DNA of 32,000 nucleotides from Candidatus Electronema aureum (GTDB lineage Bacteria; Desulfobacterota; Desulfobulbia; Desulfobulbales; Desulfobulbaceae), in NCBI GenBank assembly GCA_004284765.1, contig NQJD01000001.1, forward strand, positions 180,001-212,000, in the 5' to 3' direction. Each line of letters begins with the position of its first letter. Positions within the stretch are counted from its first letter, which is position 1. The translations under genes were made by a program, and so were the position numbers. Shown here one piece after another: positions 1 through 8,170 of the stretch. The notes under the pieces were generated by a model, which made no database searches, had not been told where the DNA came from, and was given only the letters and a program-made list of their open reading frames with translations.

Positions 1-1
1 A

Positions 2-661
2 GGGGTGCCGCGCCGAAAGATTGTGGTGCAATCCACTGGCATTGACGAGGAACGTTTTTGTTTTTCCGCGCAAGACCGAGAGGAAGTACGGCAGCAGTAC
101 AATATAGGCGATCAGGATATCCTTGTCGGCAACGTAGCTTTTCTTCGCCATTACAAGGGACACGAGTTTATTGCTCGGACAGCAGCAGCACTGCCTGATC
201 GGTTCAAATTCATGATCGTCGGTGGCGGTAATGGTCGTGCAATCTTAGAGAAGGACATTGCCAAGGCAGGAGTGCAGAATCGTTTTATTCTCATCGGGCA
301 TCGCGAAGACCCAGAGCGTTTTTTCTCTGCCTTTGACCTCATCTTTTTCTCTTCCTATGAAACCGAAGGTATTTCTCAATCCTTCATTCAGGGTTTGCTT
401 TACGGCATTCCGCTCTTGACCTGCCGCACTCCTTCTCTTCTGGAACCACTGGAGTTTGTGCAAAAATACAAGCTGGTGGATTACGGAGATGTGGAGGCAG
501 CGAAAGCAGCTCTGCTGGAGTTAGCCACGCATACTGTCCATGATGAAGAGCACGTGCGACAACAACGCGAGGATATTGCCGGGAAATACGGCCTACGAAA
601 GATGGTGGAGAATATCGTCAGGGTATATGGCGAGCAAGGGGTGATGCTGAATCACCCCTGA
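2..661 (+). CDS. glycosyltransferase family 1 (GT4-like), C-terminal part; 5' end lies outside the window
   Basis: The frame is open back to the window edge (codon 2-4 is sense; the track start at 5 is only a GTG). The C-terminal GT1 signature is present: SYETEGISQSFIQGLLYGIPLLTC, which fits the E-x7-E region. Stop TGA at 659-661. Confidence 0.7.
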   Translation, partial: GVPRRKIVVQSTGIDEERFCFSAQDREEVRQQYNIGDQDILVGNVAFLRHYKGHEFIARTAAALPDRFKFMIVGGGNGRAILEKDIAKAGVQNRFILIGHREDPERFFSAFDLIFFSSYETEGISQSFIQGLLYGIPLLTCRTPSLLEPLEFVQKYKLVDYGDVEAAKAALLELATHTVHDEEHVRQQREDIAGKYGLRKMVENIVRVYGEQGVMLNHP

Positions 662-1666
662 CCCTACTACCTGATCATCCTCATATAAGACCGCAAACTG
701 ACCCGGCGTGATTGCCCGCTGCGGCTCCTTGAAGAAAACCCGCCAGCAACCGTTTTCCGTAGGTACAGCCTTTGCTTCAGCAGCTTGATGGCGCGAACGA
801 AGTTGCACTCTACCTTGCCATTGCTCCGATGGCTCGATCTGCCACTGCATATCGGCTAGCAACAGCTCACGCTGGAACAGCTCTTGGTTTTTGCCAACGA
901 TCACTACGTTCCGCTCCGCATCCAAGCCGGTCACATACCAAGGGGTTGCATCCGGCAAGCCCAGCCCACGCCGCTGCCCAACGGTGTAATTCCAGATGCC
1001 CTGATGCGAACCAAGCACCTTGCCCTGTTCGGTGATAATCTCACCGCTGCGGGCCTCTATCCCCTGTTGATCGAGAAAACCAGCTAAATCCTGACCGGCA
1101 AGAAAGCAAACATCTTGGCTTTCGCCGCCTTCTTCAAAATTGGAGAAGCCCATTGCCCGCGCACGCGCAAATACGTCTTGCTTCCGCCAAGTTCCTAGCG
1201 GTAGGATAAGCCGAGAAAGCTGCTTCGCAGTCAAGCGGCAGAGAAAATAAGACTGATCCTTAGCCGAATCAAGACCGCGCCGCAAGCTACCGCTCTCAAC
1301 CCGCGCATAATGGCCGGTGGCCATTGCGTCCATGCTCTTAGCGGCCATTGCTTCCAGTAGCAGGCCGAACTTGATCAGCCGATTGCAGATGATGCAGGGA
1401 TTGGGCGTGAGTCCCTGCCTGTAGGTGGCGGTAAATGAGGCAATAATCTGCTGCTGAAATTGCTCGCGCCGGTCAACAAGATGAAGCGGAATGCCGAGGC
1501 GATCTGCAATATTCTGCACCTTGCCGACCTGCTGCTCGCTGTCCGGCAGTAGGAGCATGAAAAAGCCTTGCACGGCAAAACCCTGCTCCAGCAGCAGCGC
1601 GACGGCGATCGTGGAATCAACGCCGCCGCTGAGGGCGATGCCGATATTTCGGGGAAAAAGTAGCAT
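593..1666 (-). CDS. mnmA: tRNA 2-thiouridine(34) synthase MnmA
   Basis: 357-aa ORF starting at ATG 1666. It has the N-terminal PP-loop IALSGGVDSTIAVALL, the conserved CN motif NPCIICN, and the KDQSYFL and GQFAVLY motifs typical of MnmA/TrmU. Confidence 0.9.
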   Translation of the reverse strand: MLLFPRNIGIALSGGVDSTIAVALLLEQGFAVQGFFMLLLPDSEQQVGKVQNIADRLGIPLHLVDRREQFQQQIIASFTATYRQGLTPNPCIICNRLIKFGLLLEAMAAKSMDAMATGHYARVESGSLRRGLDSAKDQSYFLCRLTAKQLSRLILPLGTWRKQDVFARARAMGFSNFEEGGESQDVCFLAGQDLAGFLDQQGIEARSGEIITEQGKVLGSHQGIWNYTVGQRRGLGLPDATPWYVTGLDAERNVVIVGKNQELFQRELLLADMQWQIEPSEQWQGRVQLRSRHQAAEAKAVPTENGCWRVFFKEPQRAITPGQFAVLYEDDQVVGSGVIQHHPLLAIYPDDILHHLS

Positions 1667-1680
1667 GGGATTATTTTCAA

Positions 1681-1857
1681 TTAACCTAGCCCTGCATAGT
1701 ATTCTTGATACTTCCTGTTGCCTTCAGGCGTGTTGTCATGATCCGGGCCGCGCCACCACTTGTCAGCAAGAAAATCTTCACGAGGCAGATAGCGGATATT
1801 GTAGGATTGCGGAACCGTGAGGGCGTTGACTTCGGGCCGCTATTGGATCGTTGCCAT
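1681..1857 (-). other. 5-codon mini-ORF (MATIQ-TAG) behind a strong Shine-Dalgarno, continued in frame by 53 sense codons ending 14 nt before mnmA
   Basis: The minus strand reads GGAGAACGATC-ATG GCA ACG ATC CAA TAG (ATG 1857-1855, TAG 1842-1840). The same frame then runs RPEVNALTVPQSYNIRYLPREDFLADKWWRGPDHDNTPEGNRKYQEYYAGLG to TAA at 1683-1681. All three minus frames are open here, so coding status is uncertain. Confidence 0.2.
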
Positions 1858-2032
1858 GATCGTTCTCCAAGGCAAAGGGAATGATGCGCCAGCATGGAAG
1901 GAAATTGCTTTCAGGCAGCGTAAGGCGATCCCCAGGCTTTGTCAAGGAATCTATTAAGGGTTGAATATGCAGCGATGCAGCTAGCTTCCCATCCCCCCAT
2001 TTAATAGAGATGGGAATCATGCAGCGGTAGAA

Positions 2033-2800
2033 TCAAGGAGCACATTTAGCAGTCATCGTGTTCACTTCCGATACCCAATAGCTCGGCAAAGTATCCCAAG
2101 GATTATCGAGCACATCATTGGTGATATAGATCATGCCAGCGTTTCTACTTCTTGACAGATTGATAGCATTGGTCAATTGTGTGGCATCTGAGGCTTTATA
2201 CACGAGATGGGTCAATTTCCCTGCTGGGTATTTGTACATCCAAGAAGGAGGTACCCATTTCTGGTAATCCGCATAGCTGTCCTCAAAGACAATGGTGGTA
2301 TCAGCCAGCTTGACATATCCTTCTGCTGGCACCATACCAGGGTTGAACATCACAAACCCACCCTTACTCCCTCTGGTGTAATTGGCAAGCATTTTGTAGT
2401 AGGGAAGATAGGCGGCATCGTAATGCACTTCGTCAAGGAAAATGCCATCCACGCCATACCATGATTTATAGGCGTTGATCTCGTTTTTAACATCCACTAC
2501 CGGGCGATTGCCATAATTAGTAGCGACATAGCCCAAAACTTTACCCCCTGCTGCTTGTGCCTTGGCTACCGCGCTGGCGTAATTCGCATCCTTGATCGTG
2601 CTTGGCCCTGAGTTAGGATTCATAATCATGAGCGTTGTTCGTGGTGCTGAACCAATGGCAGCAGTCCATAAGGAGCCAGGATAGAAATACGCAGGAACGG
2701 CAATTCCTTGGCACAGCCCAGCAGCTTGTGCTGATGGCGTGATAGAGAACCAAGAAAGAACAGCAACAATACTCGCTACTATAGATAGATGCAGATTCAT
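2033..2800 (-). CDS. secreted spherulation-specific family 4 (spherulin-4 / Sph3-like) protein
   Basis: I moved the start to ATG 2800 (track residue M89), which gives the signal peptide MNLHLSIVASIVAVLSWFSITPSAQA. The body matches the family pattern: VPAYFYPGSLW, MNPNSGP, VLGYVATNYGNR, GIFLDEV, FNPG, IVFEDSY. Confidence 0.75.
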   Translation of the reverse strand: MNLHLSIVASIVAVLSWFSITPSAQAAGLCQGIAVPAYFYPGSLWTAAIGSAPRTTLMIMNPNSGPSTIKDANYASAVAKAQAAGGKVLGYVATNYGNRPVVDVKNEINAYKSWYGVDGIFLDEVHYDAAYLPYYKMLANYTRGSKGGFVMFNPGMVPAEGYVKLADTTIVFEDSYADYQKWVPPSWMYKYPAGKLTHLVYKASDATQLTNAINLSRSRNAGMIYITNDVLDNPWDTLPSYWVSEVNTMTAKCAP

Positions 2801-2930
2801 AATCGTGTCTCCAAAGTATAATTTTTCCAGCGCATACTGCTTACCTCTCCCTTTATTAAAGCACCACAGAGTGGTTTGTGTCAACTGGTGATTAGAAGCG
2901 AGGATAAACGATGGAGGGCGGAGGGGATTG

Positions 2931-4289
2931 CTATCCCCGTTGTAGGGTAAGCTCCTCCACCGTCCTGTCCACAAGCGCAACCGCGCTGCCGACATAACAT
3001 TCCGGGCTGTCCAAGGGAGCAAGGTCCTCCGCCGTGAACAATGCGCCAAGCTCCGTGTCGGCAAGCACCGCTGCTTTCAGGCTGACGCGCTCTTCAGCGG
3101 CAGAGGTGGCGAGCGTGTGCAGCTTCTCCATTGCTTTGTTCTTGCCCATCAACTTGCCTAATCGGAAGAGCAGCCATTCAGTGGCAATCAGGTCTTTCTG
3201 ACGATGCAAGTTGGCCAGCATCTGTGCAGGTCGGACAATCAGACCATTGAGAATCTGGAGCAGAGAGGATGCAGATGCGCCGGTATAGATACATATTTGC
3301 GGCATGGCCAGCCATTCTGCCCAGAGACAGCGGGGGTCGCGTTCATGCTCATGGGCCATGCTCTCAATGACGGTGCCGCTCAATGCCCGCACGTGCCTGC
3401 TCAAGGCGACAATGCGCTGGCAGAGCACCGGGTTCTGCTTATGCGGCATGGTGCTGCTGGCCACTGCGCCGGACGGCGGCGGCTCGCGCAGCTCGTCCAG
3501 CTCAGTCTTTTGCAACTGATAGATTTCGTTGGCGATCTTGGCCAAGGTCATAGTCAGCAGGGCGAAGTCCGAAGCCAGCTCCGCGATGCGGTCACGGGCC
3601 GTGTGCCAGGACAGCGGATCGTGCGCCAGACCAAGCAGCTCCATCGTCTCCTTGGCGACTTCGATGCCCTGCTCGCCCAACGCTGCGTATGTGCCGACCG
3701 CGCCGCTCAATTGCCCGCAGCAGACAGTGTCTTGCAGATGCCGCAGCCGCTGCATATGCCGGTCAATCTCGGCCGCCCACACCGCAACCTTCAGGCCGAA
3801 CGTTGTCGGCAGAGCCTGCTGACCATGCGTGCGGGCGGCCATCGGCGTGGCCCGGTGCTTGACGGCAAGATCAAGGCAGACCTCTTCCAAGCGCAGCAAA
3901 TCGCGGAGAATAATCGCCAGCGTCTCTTTCAACGCCAGAACTTGGCCGGTGTCGAGCACGTCCTGCGTGGTCGCGCCGTAATGGACATACTCGCCCGCGC
4001 CATCCGCGCAGGCCCGGCGCAGGCCGCCAAGCAGCGGCACCACCGAATTGCGGCTCTTGCTGTAGCCCTGACGCACGCTGTCGAGATCAAGGCACTCGAG
4101 CTTGGCCTTGCTTTTGATCTCCGCCGCCGCCGCTGCCGGAATCAGGCCGCGCCGGCCCTGCGCTTCAGCTAAAGCCGCCTCAAAATCGAGCCAGCGTTGC
4201 AGCACGGCGCGCTCGTCAAACAGGGCCTCCAGCTCCGGCGTGCTGAAGACATGCGGGTTGATCTGATAATCAAAAGGATGAACAGGCAT
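2931..4289 (-). CDS. adenylosuccinate lyase / 3-carboxy-cis,cis-muconate cycloisomerase family protein (class II fumarase-aspartase superfamily)
   Basis: 452-aa ORF with the superfamily signature SSTMPHKQNPV. The TTQD and HGQQA segments are typical of PurB/PcoB-type lyases. Confidence 0.8.
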   Translation of the reverse strand: MPVHPFDYQINPHVFSTPELEALFDERAVLQRWLDFEAALAEAQGRRGLIPAAAAAEIKSKAKLECLDLDSVRQGYSKSRNSVVPLLGGLRRACADGAGEYVHYGATTQDVLDTGQVLALKETLAIILRDLLRLEEVCLDLAVKHRATPMAARTHGQQALPTTFGLKVAVWAAEIDRHMQRLRHLQDTVCCGQLSGAVGTYAALGEQGIEVAKETMELLGLAHDPLSWHTARDRIAELASDFALLTMTLAKIANEIYQLQKTELDELREPPPSGAVASSTMPHKQNPVLCQRIVALSRHVRALSGTVIESMAHEHERDPRCLWAEWLAMPQICIYTGASASSLLQILNGLIVRPAQMLANLHRQKDLIATEWLLFRLGKLMGKNKAMEKLHTLATSAAEERVSLKAAVLADTELGALFTAEDLAPLDSPECYVGSAVALVDRTVEELTLQRG

Positions 4290-4375
4290 GGAAGGCGATG
4301 GCGATGGTTCAGGTTAAGGGAGCGACAGAATCTTTTCTTCTACCCAGTTTGGTTAAGAAAGGCAAGGGATACTCG

Positions 4376-4405
4376 TTGACGGATAGGCTTTATTGGTGTT
4401 ATTTT
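4376..4405 (+). promoter_or_regulatory. candidate sigma70 promoter for the 4452 gene
   Basis: TTGACG (4376-4381), an 18-nt spacer, then TATTTT (4400-4405), about 47 nt upstream of ATG 4452. Pattern match only. Confidence 0.35.
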
Positions 4406-4451
4406 ACAGGGAAACTCGCCAAACTGTCCATTCCTATTACAGGTACAAATT

Positions 4452-5522
4452 ATGCTTAGAAAAGAAATTCTGCGGGCAACATCTAACGTGCTTGCAGCAC
4501 TTGAAGAGACTGGGTTCGTATTGCTGTTTGAATCTCTACTTCCTGGCAAAGAAAAGGACAAAAAAGACAAACTGCTTCCTGCCTTTAGTCACTATATTAA
4601 ACTGTATGAGCAGTTTGGTGATACAGAAAAAATGTTGTTATCTATTCTTGATCTTGATCGACTCCATAACACCGACTTCTGGACGAACTTAATGACCGTA
4701 GAAGGTAATAAGATGCTCAATGAGATCATCGATACTTTTCAGGCAATCCAATTCGCTCAAGAACATTTACCAAAGATATTAAAGCTGATTGAGAGGGAAA
4801 GCGACACAAAGGCTGCCGACAATAAGAAATCTGAAGCGAATGCTTCGGCAGATGAGCTGGGGCAATTGTGTGTCACGGTGATTGAAGACCGCGATAAGTC
4901 CACTCCAGAGCGGCTTGTGCTCGTGTTGCAGAGTATTGACGGACTCTATCGAGCCTGCGCTTTTCTTGCAGGAGAGCAAGAGACTGGGCTAAGTGTTGAG
5001 TCCTGCGATTCAGGAAGCGACAAGGCTTTTGATTTCCTTGGAGCAGCCAAAATCGTCGAATCTGTTAAAGAGATCATTCTGAGCTTTTGGGATCGTGTTG
5101 TCTATTTCCGCGAGGACAAGACAGGCCGCCGCCTTGAGCTTGTTGCCCAATCTCTTCCAATCCTTGACCAAATTGGTGCAATGAAGGAAGCTGGAAAACT
5201 GGAGCCAGAACGAGCGGAACTCCTTAAACGGCAGATCGTTGATTCTGTCACCAAGTTTGGCAAAGCGGGTGCGACTATTCCTGAGATTGATCGCGCCACG
5301 TTCCATAATCCACGCCAATTAATGAAGCCGGAACCCAAGCTGCTTGTTGAGCCAAAATATCCACAATCAGAACATCTAAGGGAGAAAAAAACTGAGGACG
5401 ATACTCCTTCGCAGATCGCAGACCCTGAATTTGAGAAATACATGGAGACGATGGCGAAAAAATTCCTGAAAAGCAGGGGGCAATCCTGCAACGACAACAA
5501 TAACCCGGATGGAATGCCATAG
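4452..5522 (+). CDS. hypothetical protein (356 aa), no domain recognised
   Basis: Clean ATG-to-TAG ORF in a visibly lower-GC block (sample line 4561: 22/60 G+C, against 39/60 at line 4141). Predicted cytoplasmic, helical and charged. I recognise no motif. Confidence 0.6.
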   Translation: MLRKEILRATSNVLAALEETGFVLLFESLLPGKEKDKKDKLLPAFSHYIKLYEQFGDTEKMLLSILDLDRLHNTDFWTNLMTVEGNKMLNEIIDTFQAIQFAQEHLPKILKLIERESDTKAADNKKSEANASADELGQLCVTVIEDRDKSTPERLVLVLQSIDGLYRACAFLAGEQETGLSVESCDSGSDKAFDFLGAAKIVESVKEIILSFWDRVVYFREDKTGRRLELVAQSLPILDQIGAMKEAGKLEPERAELLKRQIVDSVTKFGKAGATIPEIDRATFHNPRQLMKPEPKLLVEPKYPQSEHLREKKTEDDTPSQIADPEFEKYMETMAKKFLKSRGQSCNDNNNPDGMP

Positions 5523-5559
5523 CATCCGGGCTGCCTCATCTTACAGCCCGCTCCTCCCC

Positions 5560-5743
5560 CGAACGCTCGTTGTAGTAAATCTCGAACGCTCGTTTAAGTT
5601 TCCCTCCAACGCACATAGGTCTCCCGGACTTATACACGTAAGTCCGAAAGACTTATATATGTAAGTCCCGCAGACCTATATACGTAAGTCCGGCGGACTT
5701 ATATACGTTGGAGATTTCCTCGAACGTGCGTTGCAGGATTGCT
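5560..5743. repeat. eight tandem 23-bp units, each with a palindromic 12-bp core; the central units form 7-bp-stem hairpins
   Basis: Unit starts fall at 5560, 5583, 5606, 5629, 5652, 5675, 5698 and 5721. Their cores are cgaacgctcgtt, cgaacgctcgtt, ccaacgcacata, cttatacacgta, cttatatatgta, cctatatacgta, cttatatacgtt and cgaacgtgcgtt. The clearest hairpin is GGACTTA-tacacg-TAAGTCC at 5626-5645; two related copies follow at 5650-5667 (GACTTA-tatatg-TAAGTC) and 5673-5690 (GACCTA-tatacg-TAAGTC), and a half copy starts at 5696. The array sits between the convergent stops at 5522 and 5755. Confidence 0.85.
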
Positions 5744-5754
5744 GCCGCGTTCTT

Positions 5755-6936
5755 TCAGGCTGTTTGGGGATTCAGCTCGCCGTACGGCTTGGTGTCAGGA
5801 TAGAGCGGGGTCTCGGCGCAGATGCGCAGGGCGGCCTCGCGCGGAGAGATGCCCCCTTCGCGGCTGCGCTGGAGCATGTTTTTGACGATGCGGCGGGTCT
5901 TGCGGTCAACGTGATTGAGCACGTCCGGCACTGAGGGCAGCTCCTCCGGCCCAAACAGGCCCTGCATGGAGAGCGAGCCGCCGCAGCCTGCGACCATATC
6001 GGGAATGAGAAGAATGCCGCGCCGGTGCAGGACGTACTCGGCCTCGTCGGTCACAGCGAGATTCGCGCCGCAAGCAATGGCCTTGACCTGCATGGTTTCC
6101 GCCTCATGCACATCAACAGCGCGCTCTATCGCCGCAGGAACAAAGACATCGCAAGATATATTGTAGATGTCTTTCTTGTCACCATAATGAAATTTGCTTG
6201 CATCCTGCGCTGATGGAATCAGCCCTTTGCAGGCGGCGCCAGCCAGCAGCGCGGGCATGTCGAGCGGCGTGCCGTTGATGCTGCACAGGCTTCGTTCCCG
6301 GTCGGCCAAAGCGATGATGCGGACTCCCGCCTGATGGAGAAAATAGGATGCGCCTGCGGCCAGACCGCCAAAGCCCTGAATCACCACCCGCGCTTCCGGC
6401 AGGGGAATATTGAGGAATTCCAAAGCGGCCAAACAGGATGCGGCCAAGCCCGCGCCCGAACGCAGTCGGCTCAGAGTCGCATGACCAACCGGCTGCTTGA
6501 GGAGCTGCACCCGCTCGCTGAAGGCTTCAGGCGTGAAGCCCTGACACTTGGCAATCACCGCCTTGATCGAGGGAATGCCGATGCGGGCGCAGACCGCGTC
6601 TAACTCCGGCATGGTCGTGTTCAGGTCCGGCCCCATTGAATAGCGTTCGAGCAAATAGGGCTTGATCGCCCGGATGAAGCGGAACATTGCTTCGGACTTG
6701 CCCGGACTTGCAGGATCGTAGTCAATGCCGCACTTGGCCCCGTCCGCCCGGATGCCTGCGATGCGCATCTTCAGGGTCATGGTCGCGGCCAGTTCCTGCA
6801 CCACCTCGCGGGTCAGGCCGCGCTGCACTCTCATGCCGCCTGCGGCCATGCGGTGGGTCAACGAATCAATGACTAACCAGCCCTTGAATCCTTCCAGCGG
6901 GTCAGTGTATTCAACAATGAGTTCAGACTGTTTCAT
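5755..6936 (-). CDS. Glu/Leu/Phe/Val dehydrogenase family protein
   Basis: 393-aa ORF. The N-terminal dimerisation-domain pattern is GFKGWLVIDSLTHRMAAGGMRVQ, followed by the catalytic-Lys region DGAKCGIDYDP and the Rossmann segment VVIQGFGGLAAGA. Confidence 0.8.
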   Translation of the reverse strand: MKQSELIVEYTDPLEGFKGWLVIDSLTHRMAAGGMRVQRGLTREVVQELAATMTLKMRIAGIRADGAKCGIDYDPASPGKSEAMFRFIRAIKPYLLERYSMGPDLNTTMPELDAVCARIGIPSIKAVIAKCQGFTPEAFSERVQLLKQPVGHATLSRLRSGAGLAASCLAALEFLNIPLPEARVVIQGFGGLAAGASYFLHQAGVRIIALADRERSLCSINGTPLDMPALLAGAACKGLIPSAQDASKFHYGDKKDIYNISCDVFVPAAIERAVDVHEAETMQVKAIACGANLAVTDEAEYVLHRRGILLIPDMVAGCGGSLSMQGLFGPEELPSVPDVLNHVDRKTRRIVKNMLQRSREGGISPREAALRICAETPLYPDTKPYGELNPQTA

Positions 6937-6966
6937 TCCGCTGACGGACAGGGGGAGGTTTATTGG

Positions 6967-7521
6967 TTATTCTTCGATGCGAATGGGGGTCTCGGCGTGC
7001 AGCTCGCCTTCATAAAAGGCGCGGATGATCGGCTTTTCCGGGTCAACCATAGAAATGATGAAGGAATACATCTTGCTGCCTTTGACCAAGACGGCATCGA
7101 GGCCGGTCGGGGTGTCGCGCAACGGGTCGCCGGGCCACGGCACCACGTGAATGTGGTACGCGCCAAACATGGTCAGGCCCTCGCGCTTGCACAAGTCCAT
7201 GCACTGCTTGAACTCAAACGGGTCAGTCACCCAGCCGCGCTGATCCATCGGCGTGGTTGAAGGCACGGCGTGCTGCTCCATGAGCTTGTCCATGAAGCTC
7301 TTTAATGGCTCGACGTTGCGGGCGTTCTTCTTGACCGGCAAGACCTGACGCACGTGCAGCTCATCGCCCTCACGCAGTCCGGCCAGAATGCCAAAGGCCC
7401 TCTTGACCTCGCTCTCGCCAGGGAGAAACGCACCGGCCAGCTTTCTTCGGCAATGGGCGATGATGCTGTCCCAGACGGAACGGGGAAGCCGTATCAGGCG
7501 TATTTCGTGCTGCCAGCTCAT
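6967..7521 (-). CDS. JAB/MPN (Mov34) domain-like metalloprotease family protein
   Basis: I moved the start to ATG 7521 (track M53) because the upstream extension overlaps dgkA. Candidate JAMM elements are E-x-x-x-x-FGILAG near the N-terminus and YHIHVVPW...DTPTGLD, an HxH...(S/T)xxD arrangement. Confidence 0.5.
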   Translation of the reverse strand: MSWQHEIRLIRLPRSVWDSIIAHCRRKLAGAFLPGESEVKRAFGILAGLREGDELHVRQVLPVKKNARNVEPLKSFMDKLMEQHAVPSTTPMDQRGWVTDPFEFKQCMDLCKREGLTMFGAYHIHVVPWPGDPLRDTPTGLDAVLVKGSKMYSFIISMVDPEKPIIRAFYEGELHAETPIRIEE

Positions 7522-7546
7522 GAATGATGTACTTTTAAAAGGAAAC

Positions 7547-7933
7547 TTACCGCATCGCCTGCCAGACGTGGACGGCCTCCAGCGACAGCGTGACTCCCCA
7601 AACCAGAATGCTGATGCCCGCTGCCGCCGCTGCAATGTCTTTGATGACCCCGATCTTGGCGTTCTCCTGCGGCTCAAGGAAATCGCAAAGGGCCTCTATG
7701 GTCGTATTGAACAGTTCAGCAACCATCATCATTCCGGTTGCCAGAAAGACGATGCTGAAATCCAGCCATTGCCGGTACCAGAAGCACCAGAACAGAATCA
7801 CGGCGGACAGCACAACCTTGTAGGCGACTGCGAAATCATGCAGCACTGCATAACGCGCCCCGGACAGGGCAATCCGCATCTTGCGGAGCGGATGAAAGCC
7901 TTGATGACCGGTGCCGAGAAATTTGTTCTGCAT
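7547..7933 (-). CDS. dgkA: diacylglycerol kinase (prokaryotic DgkA family)
   Basis: 128 aa with three predicted TM segments. DgkA-like motifs: HFRIxx-type N-terminus (GFHPLRKMRIALSG), ELFNTTIEALCD and IKDIAAAAAGISIL. Confidence 0.85.
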   Translation of the reverse strand: MQNKFLGTGHQGFHPLRKMRIALSGARYAVLHDFAVAYKVVLSAVILFWCFWYRQWLDFSIVFLATGMMMVAELFNTTIEALCDFLEPQENAKIGVIKDIAAAAAGISILVWGVTLSLEAVHVWQAMR

Positions 7934-7936
7934 GGT

Positions 7937-8170
7937 TCAGTTGCTTGTCTTGACATGAAAAAGCTCTTCAGCCGAGACTTCTATGTCCTTGGCAATCTGC
8001 CGCAGGAGAATCGGAGATATATCCCTTCCCTGATGGAAGGGAACAGTCGTTGCCCGTCCGTCAGCGTGCCGTAACTGCTTGTGCGAACCCCGCTGCCGCA
8101 CTTCTTGGAAGCCGAGCAGCGCAAGCAGACGAATCACTTCCTGCGGTTTCAGCGGAGGAATCTTTGCCAT
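7937..8170 (-). CDS. hicA: type II toxin HicA (YcfA-like mRNA interferase)
   Basis: Motifs: KPQEVIRLLALLGFQEVRQRGSHKQLRHADGRATTVPFHQGRDISPILLRQIAKDI. ATG 8170 overlaps the hicB stop by 1 nt (TGATG). The track start at 8173 is a TTG. Confidence 0.85.
   Translation of the reverse strand: MAKIPPLKPQEVIRLLALLGFQEVRQRGSHKQLRHADGRATTVPFHQGRDISPILLRQIAKDIEVSAEELFHVKTSN

Noticed and set aside
593-661. 69-bp convergent overlap between the glycosyltransferase 3' end and the mnmA 3' end.
   Set aside because: Both tails are non-conserved C-terminal extensions beyond the recognisable domains. Convergent overlaps of this size arise by chance stop placement, and nothing else (hairpin, repeat) marks the region.
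1840-1842. Reading the in-frame TAG as pyrrolysine or a reassigned codon.
   Set aside because: TAG is used as an ordinary terminator by several confident genes in this window (mnmA at 593-595, the lyase at 2931-2933, the antitoxin at 10241-10243, the integrase at 21884-21886). I see no pyl genes here.
1986-2016. Inverted repeat TTCCCATC-N15-GATGGGAA downstream of the spherulin-4-like gene, as a terminator.
   Set aside because: It has a large 15-nt loop and no U tract on the minus strand, so it does not fit an intrinsic terminator.
2801-3064. N-terminal 88-residue extension of the spherulin-4-like ORF in the track (start 3064), which would overlap the lyase gene by 134 nt.
   Set aside because: The extension is Arg/Trp-rich nonsense-like sequence. 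An internal ATG at 2800 yields a textbook signal peptide right where the family domain begins.
3204-4172. Long plus-strand ORFs antisense to confidently called genes. Examples are 3204..4172 (322 aa), 12026..13048 (340 aa), 13052..13726, 23790..24767 (325 aa), 8050..8649 and 7388..8074.
   Set aside because: They lie entirely opposite genes with clear family motifs. They have Arg/Ala/Gly/His-rich low-information composition typical of shadow frames in G+C-rich DNA, and they lack SD sequences and recognisable domains.
5560-5743. Possibility that the 23-bp periodic array is a CRISPR array.
   Set aside because: The units are contiguous with no unique spacers. The period is far shorter than repeat-plus-spacer, the unit sequence drifts across the array, and no cas genes are nearby.
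7522-7677. N-terminal extension of the JAB-like ORF (track start 7677).
   Set aside because: It overlaps the 3' end of dgkA by 131 nt in another frame and is Arg/Ser-rich. ATG 7521 sits just after the dgkA stop.
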